Counted from the stretch's first letter, positions 9,350 to 19,243 are shown. The stretch: DNA of 64,000 nucleotides from a virus (IMGVR_UViG_3300013947_000027:1-64000); one strand, 5' to 3'. A program made the numbers and translations. Notes: generated by a model from the sequence alone, not told the origin.

Positions 9350-9688
9350 TCAACCCTTCCTTTTGTTGCCCACAAATGCCATACATCCGATAGTACGGCC
9401 ATTAATTTTAACCTGCTGAGCGGGCGCAACAAGGTCAGTACGATCTTTGCAACTTTCCAGAACAACATTTGATACAATATACAGAAACCCCTCTCTCGGA
9501 GCAGGCAGATCGACAATCTCGTCGTTCTTTCTACCCAGAAGAGGTATTCCCTGAATATAACCAATGTTTTCATAGTTATTACAAACTCGCGCAACCTTGC
9601 CACTAGCTCTGTAAGTCTTAACAATGCGTCCGTAGCTATCGCAAATATCTACATCATGCGGTGTCAAATTTACAAGATATGTATTCAT
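9350..9688 (-). CDS. Conserved phage protein with an N-terminal NLTPH motif (cassette payload)
   Basis: MNTYLVNLTPH...LPAPREG..YIVS..DRTDLVAP; motif 9752. Confidence 0.7.
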   Translation of the reverse strand: MNTYLVNLTPHDVDICDSYGRIVKTYRASGKVARVCNNYENIGYIQGIPLLGRKNDEIVDLPAPREGFLYIVSNVVLESCKDRTDLVAPAQQVKINGRTIGCMAFVGNKRKG

Positions 9689-9811
9689 AATTCTTTCCTC
9701 TTTTAAATAAAATATTGAGAGTATTCCTCTCATAAGAGGAAGTGTTTTTATCGCGAGATCTAATCTGACCAAAAAGAAAGACCCAGTGTTTCCACCAGGT
9801 CTCCTTTCGGA

Positions 9812-10000
9812 TTAATCCCATCTCATAGATTCCTTGTAATCTCGATACGAATCGAAAATCCTGTCCAAGTTCGTGCGAGGCATGTAGTCGCAGTACTTCC
9901 GAGCATAATACTCGTCATCACTGACAAGCTTCTCTACTCGATAGTAGTGCTTCGTACCGTCTTCATCAACCCAAAACTCTTCTGTAGTAATCCGTTTCAT
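9812..10000 (-). CDS. Hypothetical protein (cassette payload)
   Basis: Motif 10059, GGAGG RBS, terminator at 9771-9802. Confidence 0.65.
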   Translation of the reverse strand: MKRITTEEFWVDEDGTKHYYRVEKLVSDDEYYARKYCDYMPRTNLDRIFDSYRDYKESMRWD

Positions 10001-10126
10001 ATGTATTGTACCTCCATAAAATAATTGGGTATTATTCCATAAAAGGAAGTGTTTTTATCGCGAGTCTTATTGATCAAAAACAAAAAGGAGTGCCAATGCC
10101 ACGTATTAAAAGACTAGGAGACCCTG

Positions 10127-10324
10127 TTACAGATCTCCGATAGTCTTAGTAAGTTTTCTCCTTAAATCCGATAAAGCAATACGCTTCTCCAAATACTCCT
10201 CAGATTTCTCGAGCATCTGTTCATCATACTTGCTTAACGCAACAGTCTGTCTGAACATCCGATCATAGAAATCAATCTCGTCGTCGAGTACCTTTAAAGC
10301 TTTCTTGTATTTCTTATCAAACAT
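10127..10324 (-). CDS. Hypothetical helical protein (cassette payload)
   Basis: Motif 10368, AAAGGAG RBS. Confidence 0.65.
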   Translation of the reverse strand: MFDKKYKKALKVLDDEIDFYDRMFRQTVALSKYDEQMLEKSEEYLEKRIALSDLRRKLTKTIGDL

Positions 10325-10380
10325 AAGTCAACACTCCTTTCTTCTCATATAAGAGAGTGTTTTTTCTCGCGAACCAAAAA

Positions 10381-10467
10381 TAAAAGAGAACGGCTAGATT
10401 AGGCTCACTAGCAATCTATATTTCTATAGATCAGTTTAATTCCTTCGGGCTTAGCCCTCGCTCTCTC
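10381..10467 (-). ncRNA. Structured small RNA B (closing stem plus three hairpins)
   Basis: AGAGAGCG/CGTTCTCT closing stem; GGGC-TAA-GCCC; ATCTATA-GAAA-TATAGAT; GCTAG-N10-CTAGC; U-tract; motif 10488. Confidence 0.7.
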
Positions 10468-10513
10468 ATAATAGAGAGTGTTATTTTCGCGAATAAAAAA
10501 GAAGAGCCAGCGT

Positions 10514-10771
10514 TTAAGTCAGCCCTTCTTTAATAAGGAACAAGTAACCTCCATAGTGATTAAAGTTAAGCCTCAGAAGTCCCAATACGCTAGGCATTGG
10601 CTCGAACAAACAATATAAATATACTTTACCGTCTTCCGAACGAATTAAGTATGGCGGAAATAAATCCGCTAAAGCCTCCAATTCTCTCTGAAATAAAGTT
10701 CCGTATTCGCCATTCATCATAAGTTCATCCCCAATAAGATAACGCACCTTGCACATATCAATAGTTAACAT
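10514..10771 (-). CDS. Hypothetical protein (cassette payload)
   Basis: Motif 10818, RBS. Confidence 0.6.
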   Translation of the reverse strand: MLTIDMCKVRYLIGDELMMNGEYGTLFQRELEALADLFPPYLIRSEDGKVYLYCLFEPMPSVLGLLRLNFNHYGGYLFLIKEGLT

Positions 10772-10862
10772 TTAATAACAACTCCTTTCTGTTCCTCATA
10801 TAAGAGAGTGTTCTTCACGCGAAAATTAGGAGACCCTGTTTAGAGCCTCCTAAAATAAAAAC

Positions 10863-11165
10863 TTAATTCATAACGTCATACTCTCTGATGGAAAAGTAGG
10901 GCAAACCATTGTTTCCTCTATATGGGACCGAATATCTCCTGGATTCAATCTTATCCATCTCTTCTTCGATTTCGCTAGTAATACAGTCCGGATCGCTAGT
11001 GATCTTAACCAGCTCGTTCCAACGTTCTTCGTCATGGCGAATCTGCTTACGAGCATTAGCGATGCACTGTTCGGCTGCTTCTCTCGAACTGCAAATGGCC
11101 CAGATATCCTGGCAATTGTCCTCATAGCTTTCACCATTGCTTGCCCAAACAACCCAAACTTTCAT
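10863..11165 (-). CDS. Hypothetical protein (cassette payload)
   Basis: Motif 11218, AGGAGG RBS. Confidence 0.65.
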   Translation of the reverse strand: MKVWVVWASNGESYEDNCQDIWAICSSREAAEQCIANARKQIRHDEERWNELVKITSDPDCITSEIEEEMDKIESRRYSVPYRGNNGLPYFSIREYDVMN

Positions 11166-11266
11166 AGTATAAACCTCCTATAAAATATAAGTTTTCCATA
11201 AAAGGCACTGTTTTCTACGCGAAAAAAGAAGAGGCCCTGTTTCCAGAGCCCCTAACTTTTAACCTA

Positions 11267-11620
11267 TTATGATTCCGACTTTACTTCATGGCCGAATGCA
11301 ATGATGTTTTCGACACAAAGAATGCCTCCGTCGTCACACTTAATGCACGGATCAATCAGTTTTCCGTCCTTGTCAAACATAGCCCAGATTGCCTTAGGAC
11401 TGGTTTCAGTGTAATATGGGGACTGCCTGCCAATACGATCTGCCGTTTCCAAAAAATCCAAAAAATTCGGATCTAATGAATCGGTAAAATCGGTCAGCTT
11501 AGGCTTACTCCATTTTACGCCAATAACCGCCAAAGCAGCTGCGCCAGCGATTCCAATCGTTCCGCCAATGATCGCGCCTTTGTGTTCCTTCACAAACTTC
11601 TTAATCTTCTCCATACTCAT
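11267..11620 (-). CDS. Membrane-anchored protein (cassette payload)
   Basis: KIKKFVKEHK followed by a TM helix; motif 11685. Confidence 0.65.
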   Translation of the reverse strand: MSMEKIKKFVKEHKGAIIGGTIGIAGAAALAVIGVKWSKPKLTDFTDSLDPNFLDFLETADRIGRQSPYYTETSPKAIWAMFDKDGKLIDPCIKCDDGGILCVENIIAFGHEVKSES

Positions 11621-11694
11621 GTTTCATGTCTCCAAAAATATAAAGTAGTAACCTTGTAGGTTCCATAATAGGCACTGTTTTTACCGCGAACCAC

Positions 11695-11976
11695 TCATCC
11701 CTTACTTCCCATCTCAGTCCGCCGCTTAACATTAATCGCAGAATTCCTGGCTGAAATATCAATTTCTTTAAGAATCTGTCGACGAGCTACGCCATATACG
11801 AAATCCAACTTATCCGCGCAATTCTGACAAAGATGCGGGAACAGCTTCTTAGTATCCCAAGTTTTAGTTCGGCACAACTCTGTAGTTACAATGAAATCCT
11901 CAGGATTAAACTCGTCTTCTACAAGCTTAGTCGGCATCGTCCGATTGCAGAAATCACAAACAGCAACTCTAGTCAT
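11695..11976 (-). CDS. Zn-finger-like hypothetical protein
   Basis: CDFC...HLCQNC. Confidence 0.55.
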   Translation of the reverse strand: MTRVAVCDFCNRTMPTKLVEDEFNPEDFIVTTELCRTKTWDTKKLFPHLCQNCADKLDFVYGVARRQILKEIDISARNSAINVKRRTEMGSKG

Positions 11977-11992
11977 AAAATATCAATCCCCT

Positions 11993-12340
11993 TTACCCTC
12001 TAATCTCCAGTTGCCCAAGCGTGCAATTACAATTCCCACTTCCACCATTCTTAGGGTTGTTTTGGCAAGTCCAGCAAGGAGAATTCGCAAATGCAGGCTC
12101 GCAATACCTTGTCACGTTAAATGTCGTCTGATCACTGAGAATCGGATCGAAATAAGATTCTTCAATGCCAAATTCGTACATATCATCCTTAGACATAAAT
12201 GGAACTCTAGTAATCTCTTCAGGTTCGCCAGTCCAGCTCCAACCGCAGTAAGGGCAGTATTTCTTAGGAACCGGAGGATAGCAAGTCAACACAAAACTGA
12301 CCAAATTATGCTCGCATCTCGGGCAAGTCTCAACAATCAT
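11993..12340 (-). CDS. Cys-rich Zn-ribbon protein
   Basis: CPRC, CPYC, CWTC..CNC. Confidence 0.6.
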   Translation of the reverse strand: MIVETCPRCEHNLVSFVLTCYPPVPKKYCPYCGWSWTGEPEEITRVPFMSKDDMYEFGIEESYFDPILSDQTTFNVTRYCEPAFANSPCWTCQNNPKNGGSGNCNCTLGQLEIRG

Positions 12341-12342
12341 AT

Positions 12343-12717
12343 TTAACCCTCCTCAGCGGCCCCTACTTCGTCCCAGGCCTTATAAATTGCAGACCCCATC
12401 TTCGCGATCCAGTCGACCATTTCCTCATTCAGAGCCCAGCAGTCGCTCTCATGGGCGCATTCATTAAGACCCGATTCAGACAGAAACGCATGCACAATCT
12501 CATGTCTGAGAACCTTCCGCATATACGCATCCATATCGCCAAGGTTGCCATCAATGTCCTTCCGAATCACAATCGTCCTTACCGACCAATCACAATATCC
12601 AGCATTCTCAGCAAGAATAGTATTCTCGGCAGCAGTCTGCTCCTCAATCGCCCACTCGTAACCGAGAATATGTACAATCTTATCCTTAGTCGTAGTCTTC
12701 TTAGTAGCCATAATCAT
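12343..12717 (-). CDS. HExxH metallopeptidase-like phage protein
   Basis: LRHEIVHAFLSESGL..NEEMVDW. Confidence 0.65.
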   Translation of the reverse strand: MIMATKKTTTKDKIVHILGYEWAIEEQTAAENTILAENAGYCDWSVRTIVIRKDIDGNLGDMDAYMRKVLRHEIVHAFLSESGLNECAHESDCWALNEEMVDWIAKMGSAIYKAWDEVGAAEEG

Positions 12718-12745
12718 TTCTCCCTTCTATTAGTAGAGCTCGTCG

Positions 12746-13108
12746 TTAACCGTTCTTGTCTTCTAATACCCAAATTTCTCCGCGCTGTTCAATCACATCA
12801 TACTCTTCCAAAATATCAGTGAAAGATGCATCATCGTCAATCGTACATTCGTATCGATAACAACCAGTAGGAACGTCTTCTTTATGCACAATACCGTAAA
12901 CCACATAACACCATACGAGGTCTGCTAATATAACACAGCACATAATTACGGCTAGCGCTACCGGATGCGACGTTTTATTAGAGATAGCGATCATATATAC
13001 GACACTTACGACAAGAATTATAGCTACTATATACCACCAAATCGGAGTCACATTTTCAAGGATTTCGTATTGATTAAGAATCGTCATTAGCTTCCTCCTT
13101 ATCTTCAC
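12746..13108 (-). CDS. Two-TM membrane protein
   Basis: Two hydrophobic helices. Confidence 0.6.
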   Translation of the reverse strand: MKIRRKLMTILNQYEILENVTPIWWYIVAIILVVSVVYMIAISNKTSHPVALAVIMCCVILADLVWCYVVYGIVHKEDVPTGCYRYECTIDDDASFTDILEEYDVIEQRGEIWVLEDKNG

Positions 13109-13307
13109 TATTAAATATAATGAAATCTCGTAAGGCTTTTCTCATGACAGCCCCACGAGATGTTTCATTAAGCTCGGCTAATCTGTCAAGTTCATCAGAT
13201 TCTTCCTTTGTAAGTCTAACGTCACACTTTGTGTCAAAGACTCCAGACCATCTTGGACGTCCGACTCGCTTTTTATGCTTATTATCGTCCTTCCACAAGC
13301 CATTCAC
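13074..13307 (-). CDS. GRP (AT-hook-like) plus RHH DNA-binding protein
   Basis: RVGRPR..DVRLT..LDRLA..SRGAVMRKAL; resembles the proteins at 7229 and 7429. Confidence 0.65.
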   Translation of the reverse strand: MNGLWKDDNKHKKRVGRPRWSGVFDTKCDVRLTKEESDELDRLAELNETSRGAVMRKALRDFIIFNSEDKEEANDDS

Positions 13308-13308
13308 C

Positions 13309-13809
13309 TCATTTCCAATCTCCTTGAAGTCTTACTGCATACCCAATTTCCAAACTCTTTTTCACATCAATTACACGCTGATTAAACGATCCTCTATAGA
13401 AGAGACTCAAGTTCTTGAGAGACTCGACAAAAGGTCCATCAACCAGCACATCAATATATTGCATCACCGGAAGGTCTTTGTAATCCTCAAAATACCCGCC
13501 AGTCCAGACCCAAATATCTTTGTCAGGGTACAACGATTTAGCAGCCTTACAGAGTTTGTAAACCTCGTCCCTGTTCTCAGGCTCAAAAGGTTCGCCACCA
13601 AGAACACTCAATCCAGCAATATGTTCATCAGAAAGCATGCTGAGAAGCTCTCTACGCGTCTCTGCGGTCCATTCAGTTCCATAGTCAAATGCCTGGGCCT
13701 CTGCGTTGAAGCATCCCTTACAATGCCGCCTACAGCCTGAGACAAAGAGAGAAACACGGCAACCAGGACCATTAGCAATATCGAAATTCTTAATTGCTGC
13801 GTAATTCAA
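13309..13809 (-). CDS. nrdG: Anaerobic ribonucleotide reductase activating enzyme (radical SAM)
   Basis: DIANGPG.RVSLFVSGCRRHCKGCFN; LGGEPF; DVLVDG.F; RGS.NQR. Confidence 0.95.
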   Translation of the reverse strand: MNYAAIKNFDIANGPGCRVSLFVSGCRRHCKGCFNAEAQAFDYGTEWTAETRRELLSMLSDEHIAGLSVLGGEPFEPENRDEVYKLCKAAKSLYPDKDIWVWTGGYFEDYKDLPVMQYIDVLVDGPFVESLKNLSLFYRGSFNQRVIDVKKSLEIGYAVRLQGDWK

Positions 13810-14036
13810 AGCTGCTCTTCCTCCTCATCCCAAAGTTTTTCATTGTCTAGACAATCTTCGCATTGGCATTTCGGCTCTTCAAAATCCTTTCCGCGCTTTT
13901 TATATTCAGAACATTTGGTCGGCTGTGGAATCCCGTATGAGCTAAGCCGAATTTCCTTCTTAAAACAGCGATATTCCGCCCAAGTCGGACACCAACAACT
14001 GTGAATGCATGTAGGGCATAATCCAGTAGTAGCCAT
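13806..14036 (-). CDS. Cys-rich hypothetical protein
   Basis: Multiple CxxC motifs. Confidence 0.55.
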   Translation of the reverse strand: MATTGLCPTCIHSCWCPTWAEYRCFKKEIRLSSYGIPQPTKCSEYKKRGKDFEEPKCQCEDCLDNEKLWDEEEEQL

Positions 14037-14042
14037 AAAATA

Positions 14043-14324
14043 TCAATCCTCCTCAATTCTACGACCATGACGCGAAACATAAAGCTTCTTAATATCGTCA
14101 GGTAATTTCTTAAACTCTTCATCAGTCAATGCTTCATTAATGTTGTATGCTATAACTTTACAGTCCATAGCCTGCCGTTGTTTCTTTGTCAAACTATCAG
14201 AAGGAAATTTAACTCCTCCGCTCTTACCGCAATGAGTTCTCTTATTCCGGCTTCCACGGGCAGTTCGTTTCTTATCTTTGCAATCGGCTATAAAATCCCG
14301 CTGCTCGTCAGTTAGTCGTGGCAT
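14043..14324 (-). CDS. Basic hypothetical protein
   Basis: ORF coupled to its neighbours. Confidence 0.55.
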   Translation of the reverse strand: MPRLTDEQRDFIADCKDKKRTARGSRNKRTHCGKSGGVKFPSDSLTKKQRQAMDCKVIAYNINEALTDEEFKKLPDDIKKLYVSRHGRRIEED

Positions 14325-14884
14325 TAATCTCCATTCCTTTCTCTTAATTTCGGATACTTGTGAATAAGTTTTTCAGGGTAAAAGCCACCAGACTTGTCTC
14401 TATCCCAAAGGAGGTAATCCCACCAAGGATACTCACAGTCGCATGAAGGCGTATTACATTCATACATTCCTGTATAAGCATTAACATTTGAGATAATAAT
14501 CTCCTTATTATTGCAACTTTTACATCCTGAAAGTCTGATTAGAATATCATCGACATATAGTCGTTTAGCCAGACGATTAAGAAAATTATTCAACTCGTGC
14601 AAAGTTTCATTAAACACGCGGTCTCTGAGCGTGCCTTCAAGAATGAGATAATAGCAATCTTGAGTTTCAAAATCGCCTCGACGTACTGGCTCAAGAAATT
14701 CATTAAAGTTAGACGATCCAGAATAACCTTCCTTTTGAACAACATGAACAAACATGTCTTTTTCTGAACCTGTTACTTTTGGAAGGTGCGCCAAAACAGT
14801 TTCAAGAATATAACGCTTTTCTGGCTGAGTGTATCCTGCAGGCAACACCTCGATAAAACCATTAACATAAGTCCACCAGCTCAT
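14324..14884 (-). CDS. Conserved phage hypothetical protein
   Basis: MSWWTYV.G...LP.VTGSE...G.LRDR; AAAGGAG RBS. Confidence 0.65.
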   Translation of the reverse strand: MSWWTYVNGFIEVLPAGYTQPEKRYILETVLAHLPKVTGSEKDMFVHVVQKEGYSGSSNFNEFLEPVRRGDFETQDCYYLILEGTLRDRVFNETLHELNNFLNRLAKRLYVDDILIRLSGCKSCNNKEIIISNVNAYTGMYECNTPSCDCEYPWWDYLLWDRDKSGGFYPEKLIHKYPKLRERNGD

Positions 14885-14964
14885 ATAGATCTCCTTTCAC
14901 AATGTTCAAAGTTAAAAAAATAAGAGAAGGCCTTGCTAAGACCCTCTCTTATCGAGTTAAGTAA

Positions 14965-15096
14965 TTAGATTCGAATTCCCATGTTCTTACGCTCTTCTTC
15001 CGTACAACTCTTGGTGTACATCACGATGCCGGTGGCAGCCATCAGAACCGCAATAGTACTCGAAATGAGTGCCGAAACAATGATAGTAGTAAACAT
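14965..15096 (-). CDS. 43-aa single-TM micropeptide (cassette payload)
   Basis: MFTTIIVSALISSTIAVLMAATGIVMYTK...; motif 15147, AAGGAG RBS, terminator at about 14915-14950. Confidence 0.7.
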   Translation of the reverse strand: MFTTIIVSALISSTIAVLMAATGIVMYTKSCTEEERKNMGIRI

Positions 15097-15139
15097 AGTA
15101 AAGTCTCCTTTTTATTTTAGTTTCTCATAAAAAGGAGTG

Positions 15140-15328
15140 TTATTTTCGCGAATTATGAATAGGTTCGACCCAACCAAATGAAACGTCTGGGTATGCAGTC
15201 TTAAAAATATCTTCGGCTTCAGTCTCGTCATTAGCTTCAATGACAGCAACCCTACGTTTTTCACCTTGAGAACTATAAAAATCGCCTACAAAATAGTAGA
15301 CTTTATATCTATGTAGTCCATTCTTCAT
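15140..15328 (-). CDS. Hypothetical protein
   Basis: ORF overlapping the upstream stop codon. Confidence 0.55.
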   Translation of the reverse strand: MKNGLHRYKVYYFVGDFYSSQGEKRRVAVIEANDETEAEDIFKTAYPDVSFGWVEPIHNSRK

Positions 15329-15534
15329 AAGATTTTACCCTGCTGCGCTTGCCGCTCCAAATATCGTTTGATAGATTCACAGCGTTTAGAGTTCTTGCAA
15401 CGGACAATTGTATCGGTTTGAATGTTCGTTACAGTGTTAATGGCAGTACGGTGTAATTGTCGTTCTGGTTTAATTACATCCGGATCAAAGTCGCAACACT
15501 CTGAACAGTATTCCGAAATATCAAGACGAATCAT
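15325..15534 (-). CDS. Hypothetical Cys-containing protein
   Basis: GGAGG RBS. Confidence 0.55.
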   Translation of the reverse strand: MIRLDISEYCSECCDFDPDVIKPERQLHRTAINTVTNIQTDTIVRCKNSKRCESIKRYLERQAQQGKIL

Positions 15535-15538
15535 TGAG

Positions 15539-15724
15539 TTAATCCTCCTCCTCTTCGGCAGTTGTAAACAGATTAGCCATCATGATTTCCATAAAAGCTG
15601 CTGTATGTGCAAGTGCGTCTTCCTTACTCATGCCCTGGGCGATGAAATTGTTGTTCACAATGCACCAGAGTTCAGTAATAACTCCCATGCCCCGCACAAT
15701 CTTCTCAACATTTTCGTTATTCAT
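15539..15724 (-). CDS. Hypothetical protein
   Basis: AAGGAGG RBS before MNNENV. Confidence 0.55.
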   Translation of the reverse strand: MNNENVEKIVRGMGVITELWCIVNNNFIAQGMSKEDALAHTAAFMEIMMANLFTTAEEEED

Positions 15725-16271
15725 TAGTAGAATCCTCCTTGTTTTCGTCTTCATTGAAAATATCAGGCTCTTCGTCGAGCTTCTCTTTGATCTGACCGAG
15801 AATCTCTTCGACAAGCTCTCTAGTATTATCGCTGAGAATCATATGGGCCTTGTGTGCGTCGTACCAGTCGAAAATTTCATAAAGGTTGCCATTTCTCCAG
15901 CTGAAAGACCACCAGTCGCAGATCATCTCTACAACATACTTGTGCGGAATATCAAGCGCAACAGTGCCTTCTTCCGGATCGTCATTGACCAGAACCCAAT
16001 ATTGCCAATGATGCGGGTTGCTATGAATATGATGCAGCCAGGCGTAGTTGAAAGCGTCCTTAACTTCCTTAGTCCTGATGCCATAAAAGTATTCATCGTA
16101 AGCCTCATACTCTTCGTAATCGTACCTAGAATCGTCGTGGGACCCGATAGCTAATAGAGTAGTGAAGCCTTCATCATTAGTCACTTCGGGCAGGTTTCTT
16201 CTGAGCCAGCTGTAAGCTCGATTTACATCCATAATATGGTTAGTTAAATATTCATTGTATTCAGCGCTCAT
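15717..16271 (-). CDS. HD-like metal-dependent phosphohydrolase (DUF5662-like)
   Basis: H..., HDDS, AWLHHIHSNPHHWQYW, EMICDW. Confidence 0.65.
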   Translation of the reverse strand: MSAEYNEYLTNHIMDVNRAYSWLRRNLPEVTNDEGFTTLLAIGSHDDSRYDYEEYEAYDEYFYGIRTKEVKDAFNYAWLHHIHSNPHHWQYWVLVNDDPEEGTVALDIPHKYVVEMICDWWSFSWRNGNLYEIFDWYDAHKAHMILSDNTRELVEEILGQIKEKLDEEPDIFNEDENKEDSTNE

Positions 16272-16285
16272 ATGTGTTTCTCCTT

Positions 16286-16471
16286 TCATTCATCAAGCAT
16301 AGCAAGTGTTTTAAGCATCATTGAAATTACTTTAGCTACACAAAAAGCAGCAAAGCAAATCCAGTAAACTACTCCTCCATGAATAGCTGCCCCAATAAGA
16401 GCAAATAATGCAATGGCTGTCACGTAACAGGACCTCCTCATAAAAAGAGTGTTTTTAGAGTTGTCAGACAA
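16286..16471 (-). CDS. Small membrane protein behind a degenerate motif copy
   Basis: Two TM segments; cataaaaagagtgtttt at about 16439 lacks the CGCG element. Confidence 0.45.
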   Translation of the reverse strand: MSDNSKNTLFMRRSCYVTAIALFALIGAAIHGGVVYWICFAAFCVAKVISMMLKTLAMLDE

Positions 16472-16523
16472 ATTTTAGAATAAAATGAAGAGACCCAGGT
16501 TACCCCAGGTCTCTTTGGACGGA

Positions 16524-18761
16524 TTATGTTTCTGATAGTTTTTCGAACTTAGCATGTTTTACTCGCATTTCAACTTCTTGTTGCTTACCTTTATTGAAGG
16601 CAGTAGTGTAGTTGCCCGTTAAATATCCTGTCACGCGACGGAGTCTTTGGATTTCTGTTCCTCCACACATCGGACACTCGTCATCGAGTTGGTCAGTATA
16701 TCCACACTTCATGCATGTATCGTTAGGAACATTAATAGCGAAGTATGGAATATCTTTATCCATAGCATAATTGACAATTGTCTCAAGAGCCTCCAGATTA
16801 TACTTACATGCTGCATCAAGTTCAACATATGTAATGCAGCCAGCACTGCTGTAACCGGTCAATTGACTCTCAATATCAATTTTTGTAAACGGATCAACTT
16901 CTACCCAAACAGGAACATGAATCGAGTTGGTGAAGAATTCCTTATCAGAAATATTAGGAATAACACCGTACTTAGCTTTGAACTTTTGCATTGATGTGTA
17001 ACAGAGATTTTCTGCCGGAGTGTAATACACACCGAAATTTAGTTTGTACTGTTCCTTGAATTCAGTGCATCTAGTCTTGAAAAGCTGCTCGATCTTCTTG
17101 GCTAATTTCATACCTTCAGGAGTAGTGTGATCTTTATCAATAAGAATCTTAAGAGTTTCAGCAAGACCAATCTGACCGAGTGCAAGTGTACCATGCTTCA
17201 GAGCAGATCGAATACCTTCTTCCGGAATATAGCCTACCATGGCATTGTTCTCATACATGAACTTGGCTGCATCCGGAGACTGGGAACAGATCCATTCAAA
17301 ACGTTCAATCAGCATGTCTCTGGCTTCATGAATCTTCTGATCGAGAATATCAAGAAAAATGTCCTCTACTCGTTCCTGGCCGTTATACTGTTCTTTAGCT
17401 TCCATAGCTAAAGTTGGCATAATGATTGTAACAGGACAGATATTTCCACGGCCGTCCTTAAGCTGACCGAAGCCATTGATATCAAACCCGTTTGCTGTTC
17501 TGCACCCCATTGTGCTGAAATATGTTCTCGGATCATTCGGATCATACCCAGCATTACCAGACCAATCAACGTTTGCATAGTTGGGATATAGTCTCATTGC
17601 GGTGGATTTGAGTGCGAGTTTGAAAAGATCATAGTTTGGATCTCCAGGTTTACGATTTACTCTTTTCATACACTGGAAGATACCACAGGGGAAAATTGAA
17701 GTTTTGTGAAGTTTACCGACACCCTTGATCGAGGTATCAAGAAGTGCTTTAGTTACCATTCGTCCTTCAGGGAGAGTACAGGTACCGTAATTAATTGAGG
17801 AAAACGGAAGCTGATTCCCGCTGCGGCTTTGAAGTGTATTCAAATTATGATACATTCCTTCCACCGCTTGTTTACACTCAGCCACTGTCAACTCCATAGC
17901 GTAGTCATATACTCTAGAATTGAAGTTGGCGTAACTCTTATCATCAATACTCATCTCCGGAGAAATCCTACCACTGACCACGTATTCGGCAATAGCAGTC
18001 GGATGAGTATTTGCTACGTACTTCAATCCGTCCTTAAAATGCTTGAAGAAGCTTTTCCTCACATAAGGAACCATAGTCCAGTCTAGATGTGTTGCCGACA
18101 CTCCGCCAAACTGCTGAAGAGACTGAATCTGAAATATCACAGCCACCAACTGGAATGCCGTATTGATAGACTGAGCAGGCCTAACATCTGTCTGTCTCGT
18201 GTTAAAGCCCTTAGCGAGAAGATCGTCAAACGGAACCGACAAGCAATTGTGATCACCAACAGCATATGATGCAAGGTCATGAATATAAACTTCATTATTT
18301 TCATGATTAGCTCTTGCCATTGGCGATACGAGATACTCAAGAGCATATCTCTTGGCTACAAGATCTGCCATTTCTCCAATTCTTCCACCAAACGACATCT
18401 CATCAACATTTGCATTCTGGTTCTGGACGTTTTTGGCAGAAAGTTTTTCTTCGACTGACTTCATCAAGTCTTTGTACTGATCTCTAGCTAGGCCGTGAAG
18501 ATATCGATAGTTAGTGTAAGCTTTAGCGACATCCTTATAACGAGTGTTCATAAGCTTTCTCTCTACGATGTCCTGGATTTCCTCAACATGAAGTTCCTTA
18601 TCTTTAGAGAGATTCTCCATATCGTTCGCAATTTTAGTAGCGCAACCCTTCATATATGCATCTACATTTTCATATTGTTCGTGAAAAGCTTTAACAATAG
18701 CAGAAAATATCTTTTGTTTGTCGAAAGGTACTTTGTTACCGTCTCTTTTAATCACCTTCAA
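16524..18761 (-). CDS. nrdD: Class III anaerobic ribonucleoside-triphosphate reductase
   Basis: N-terminal ATP-cone (VIKRDG); HNC; MGCRT; CMKC..CPMC; RRVTGYL glycyl-radical motif. Confidence 0.97.
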   Translation of the reverse strand: MKVIKRDGNKVPFDKQKIFSAIVKAFHEQYENVDAYMKGCATKIANDMENLSKDKELHVEEIQDIVERKLMNTRYKDVAKAYTNYRYLHGLARDQYKDLMKSVEEKLSAKNVQNQNANVDEMSFGGRIGEMADLVAKRYALEYLVSPMARANHENNEVYIHDLASYAVGDHNCLSVPFDDLLAKGFNTRQTDVRPAQSINTAFQLVAVIFQIQSLQQFGGVSATHLDWTMVPYVRKSFFKHFKDGLKYVANTHPTAIAEYVVSGRISPEMSIDDKSYANFNSRVYDYAMELTVAECKQAVEGMYHNLNTLQSRSGNQLPFSSINYGTCTLPEGRMVTKALLDTSIKGVGKLHKTSIFPCGIFQCMKRVNRKPGDPNYDLFKLALKSTAMRLYPNYANVDWSGNAGYDPNDPRTYFSTMGCRTANGFDINGFGQLKDGRGNICPVTIIMPTLAMEAKEQYNGQERVEDIFLDILDQKIHEARDMLIERFEWICSQSPDAAKFMYENNAMVGYIPEEGIRSALKHGTLALGQIGLAETLKILIDKDHTTPEGMKLAKKIEQLFKTRCTEFKEQYKLNFGVYYTPAENLCYTSMQKFKAKYGVIPNISDKEFFTNSIHVPVWVEVDPFTKIDIESQLTGYSSAGCITYVELDAACKYNLEALETIVNYAMDKDIPYFAINVPNDTCMKCGYTDQLDDECPMCGGTEIQRLRRVTGYLTGNYTTAFNKGKQQEVEMRVKHAKFEKLSET

Positions 18762-18776
18762 TACAAACCAACCTCC

Positions 18777-19220
18777 TTATTTTTTACCGCTGCTTCCGAA
18801 TCCGCCACGATCAGGACCATCGAGATAGTCGACCTCTTCAAACTCGAGCTCAGGCTGCTTCTTCTCGATTCTGAACTGGCAGATTCGATCATTCTTATAA
18901 ATCATGGTGTCATGAATAGCAATCGCAGCAAACTTCCAAATATCATTGTCGCCGCAATAACTGTTGTCCACGATACCCATATGATTTGCTTGAATAATAC
19001 CCCAATGCTTGTATGTAGACGATCTCGGGACAATATGAGCCTCATAGCCCTCAGGAAGCTTCATAGAAACCCCGAGCGAAATGAGTCTAAAATCCCCGGC
19101 CTTCATAAAAACATTTTCGGCTGCTCTAAGGTCAATCCAATCGCCATTCTCGTACATGTCAATCGGGAGAATATCATTGTGGTACTTGATCTTAATCGTG
19201 AGCTTTTCATTGTTGGACAT
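18777..19220 (-). CDS. dut: Trimeric dUTPase
   Basis: [30 protein letters not shown]. Confidence 0.93.
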   Translation of the reverse strand: MSNNEKLTIKIKYHNDILPIDMYENGDWIDLRAAENVFMKAGDFRLISLGVSMKLPEGYEAHIVPRSSTYKHWGIIQANHMGIVDNSYCGDNDIWKFAAIAIHDTMIYKNDRICQFRIEKKQPELEFEEVDYLDGPDRGGFGSSGKK

Positions 19221-19243
19221 TGCTAATTATCCTCCTTAAAATT

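Noticed and set aside
16439-16471. A 34th promoter copy
   Set aside because: It has the ACA and TTTATG parts but lacks TTCGCG; treated as degenerate and not counted
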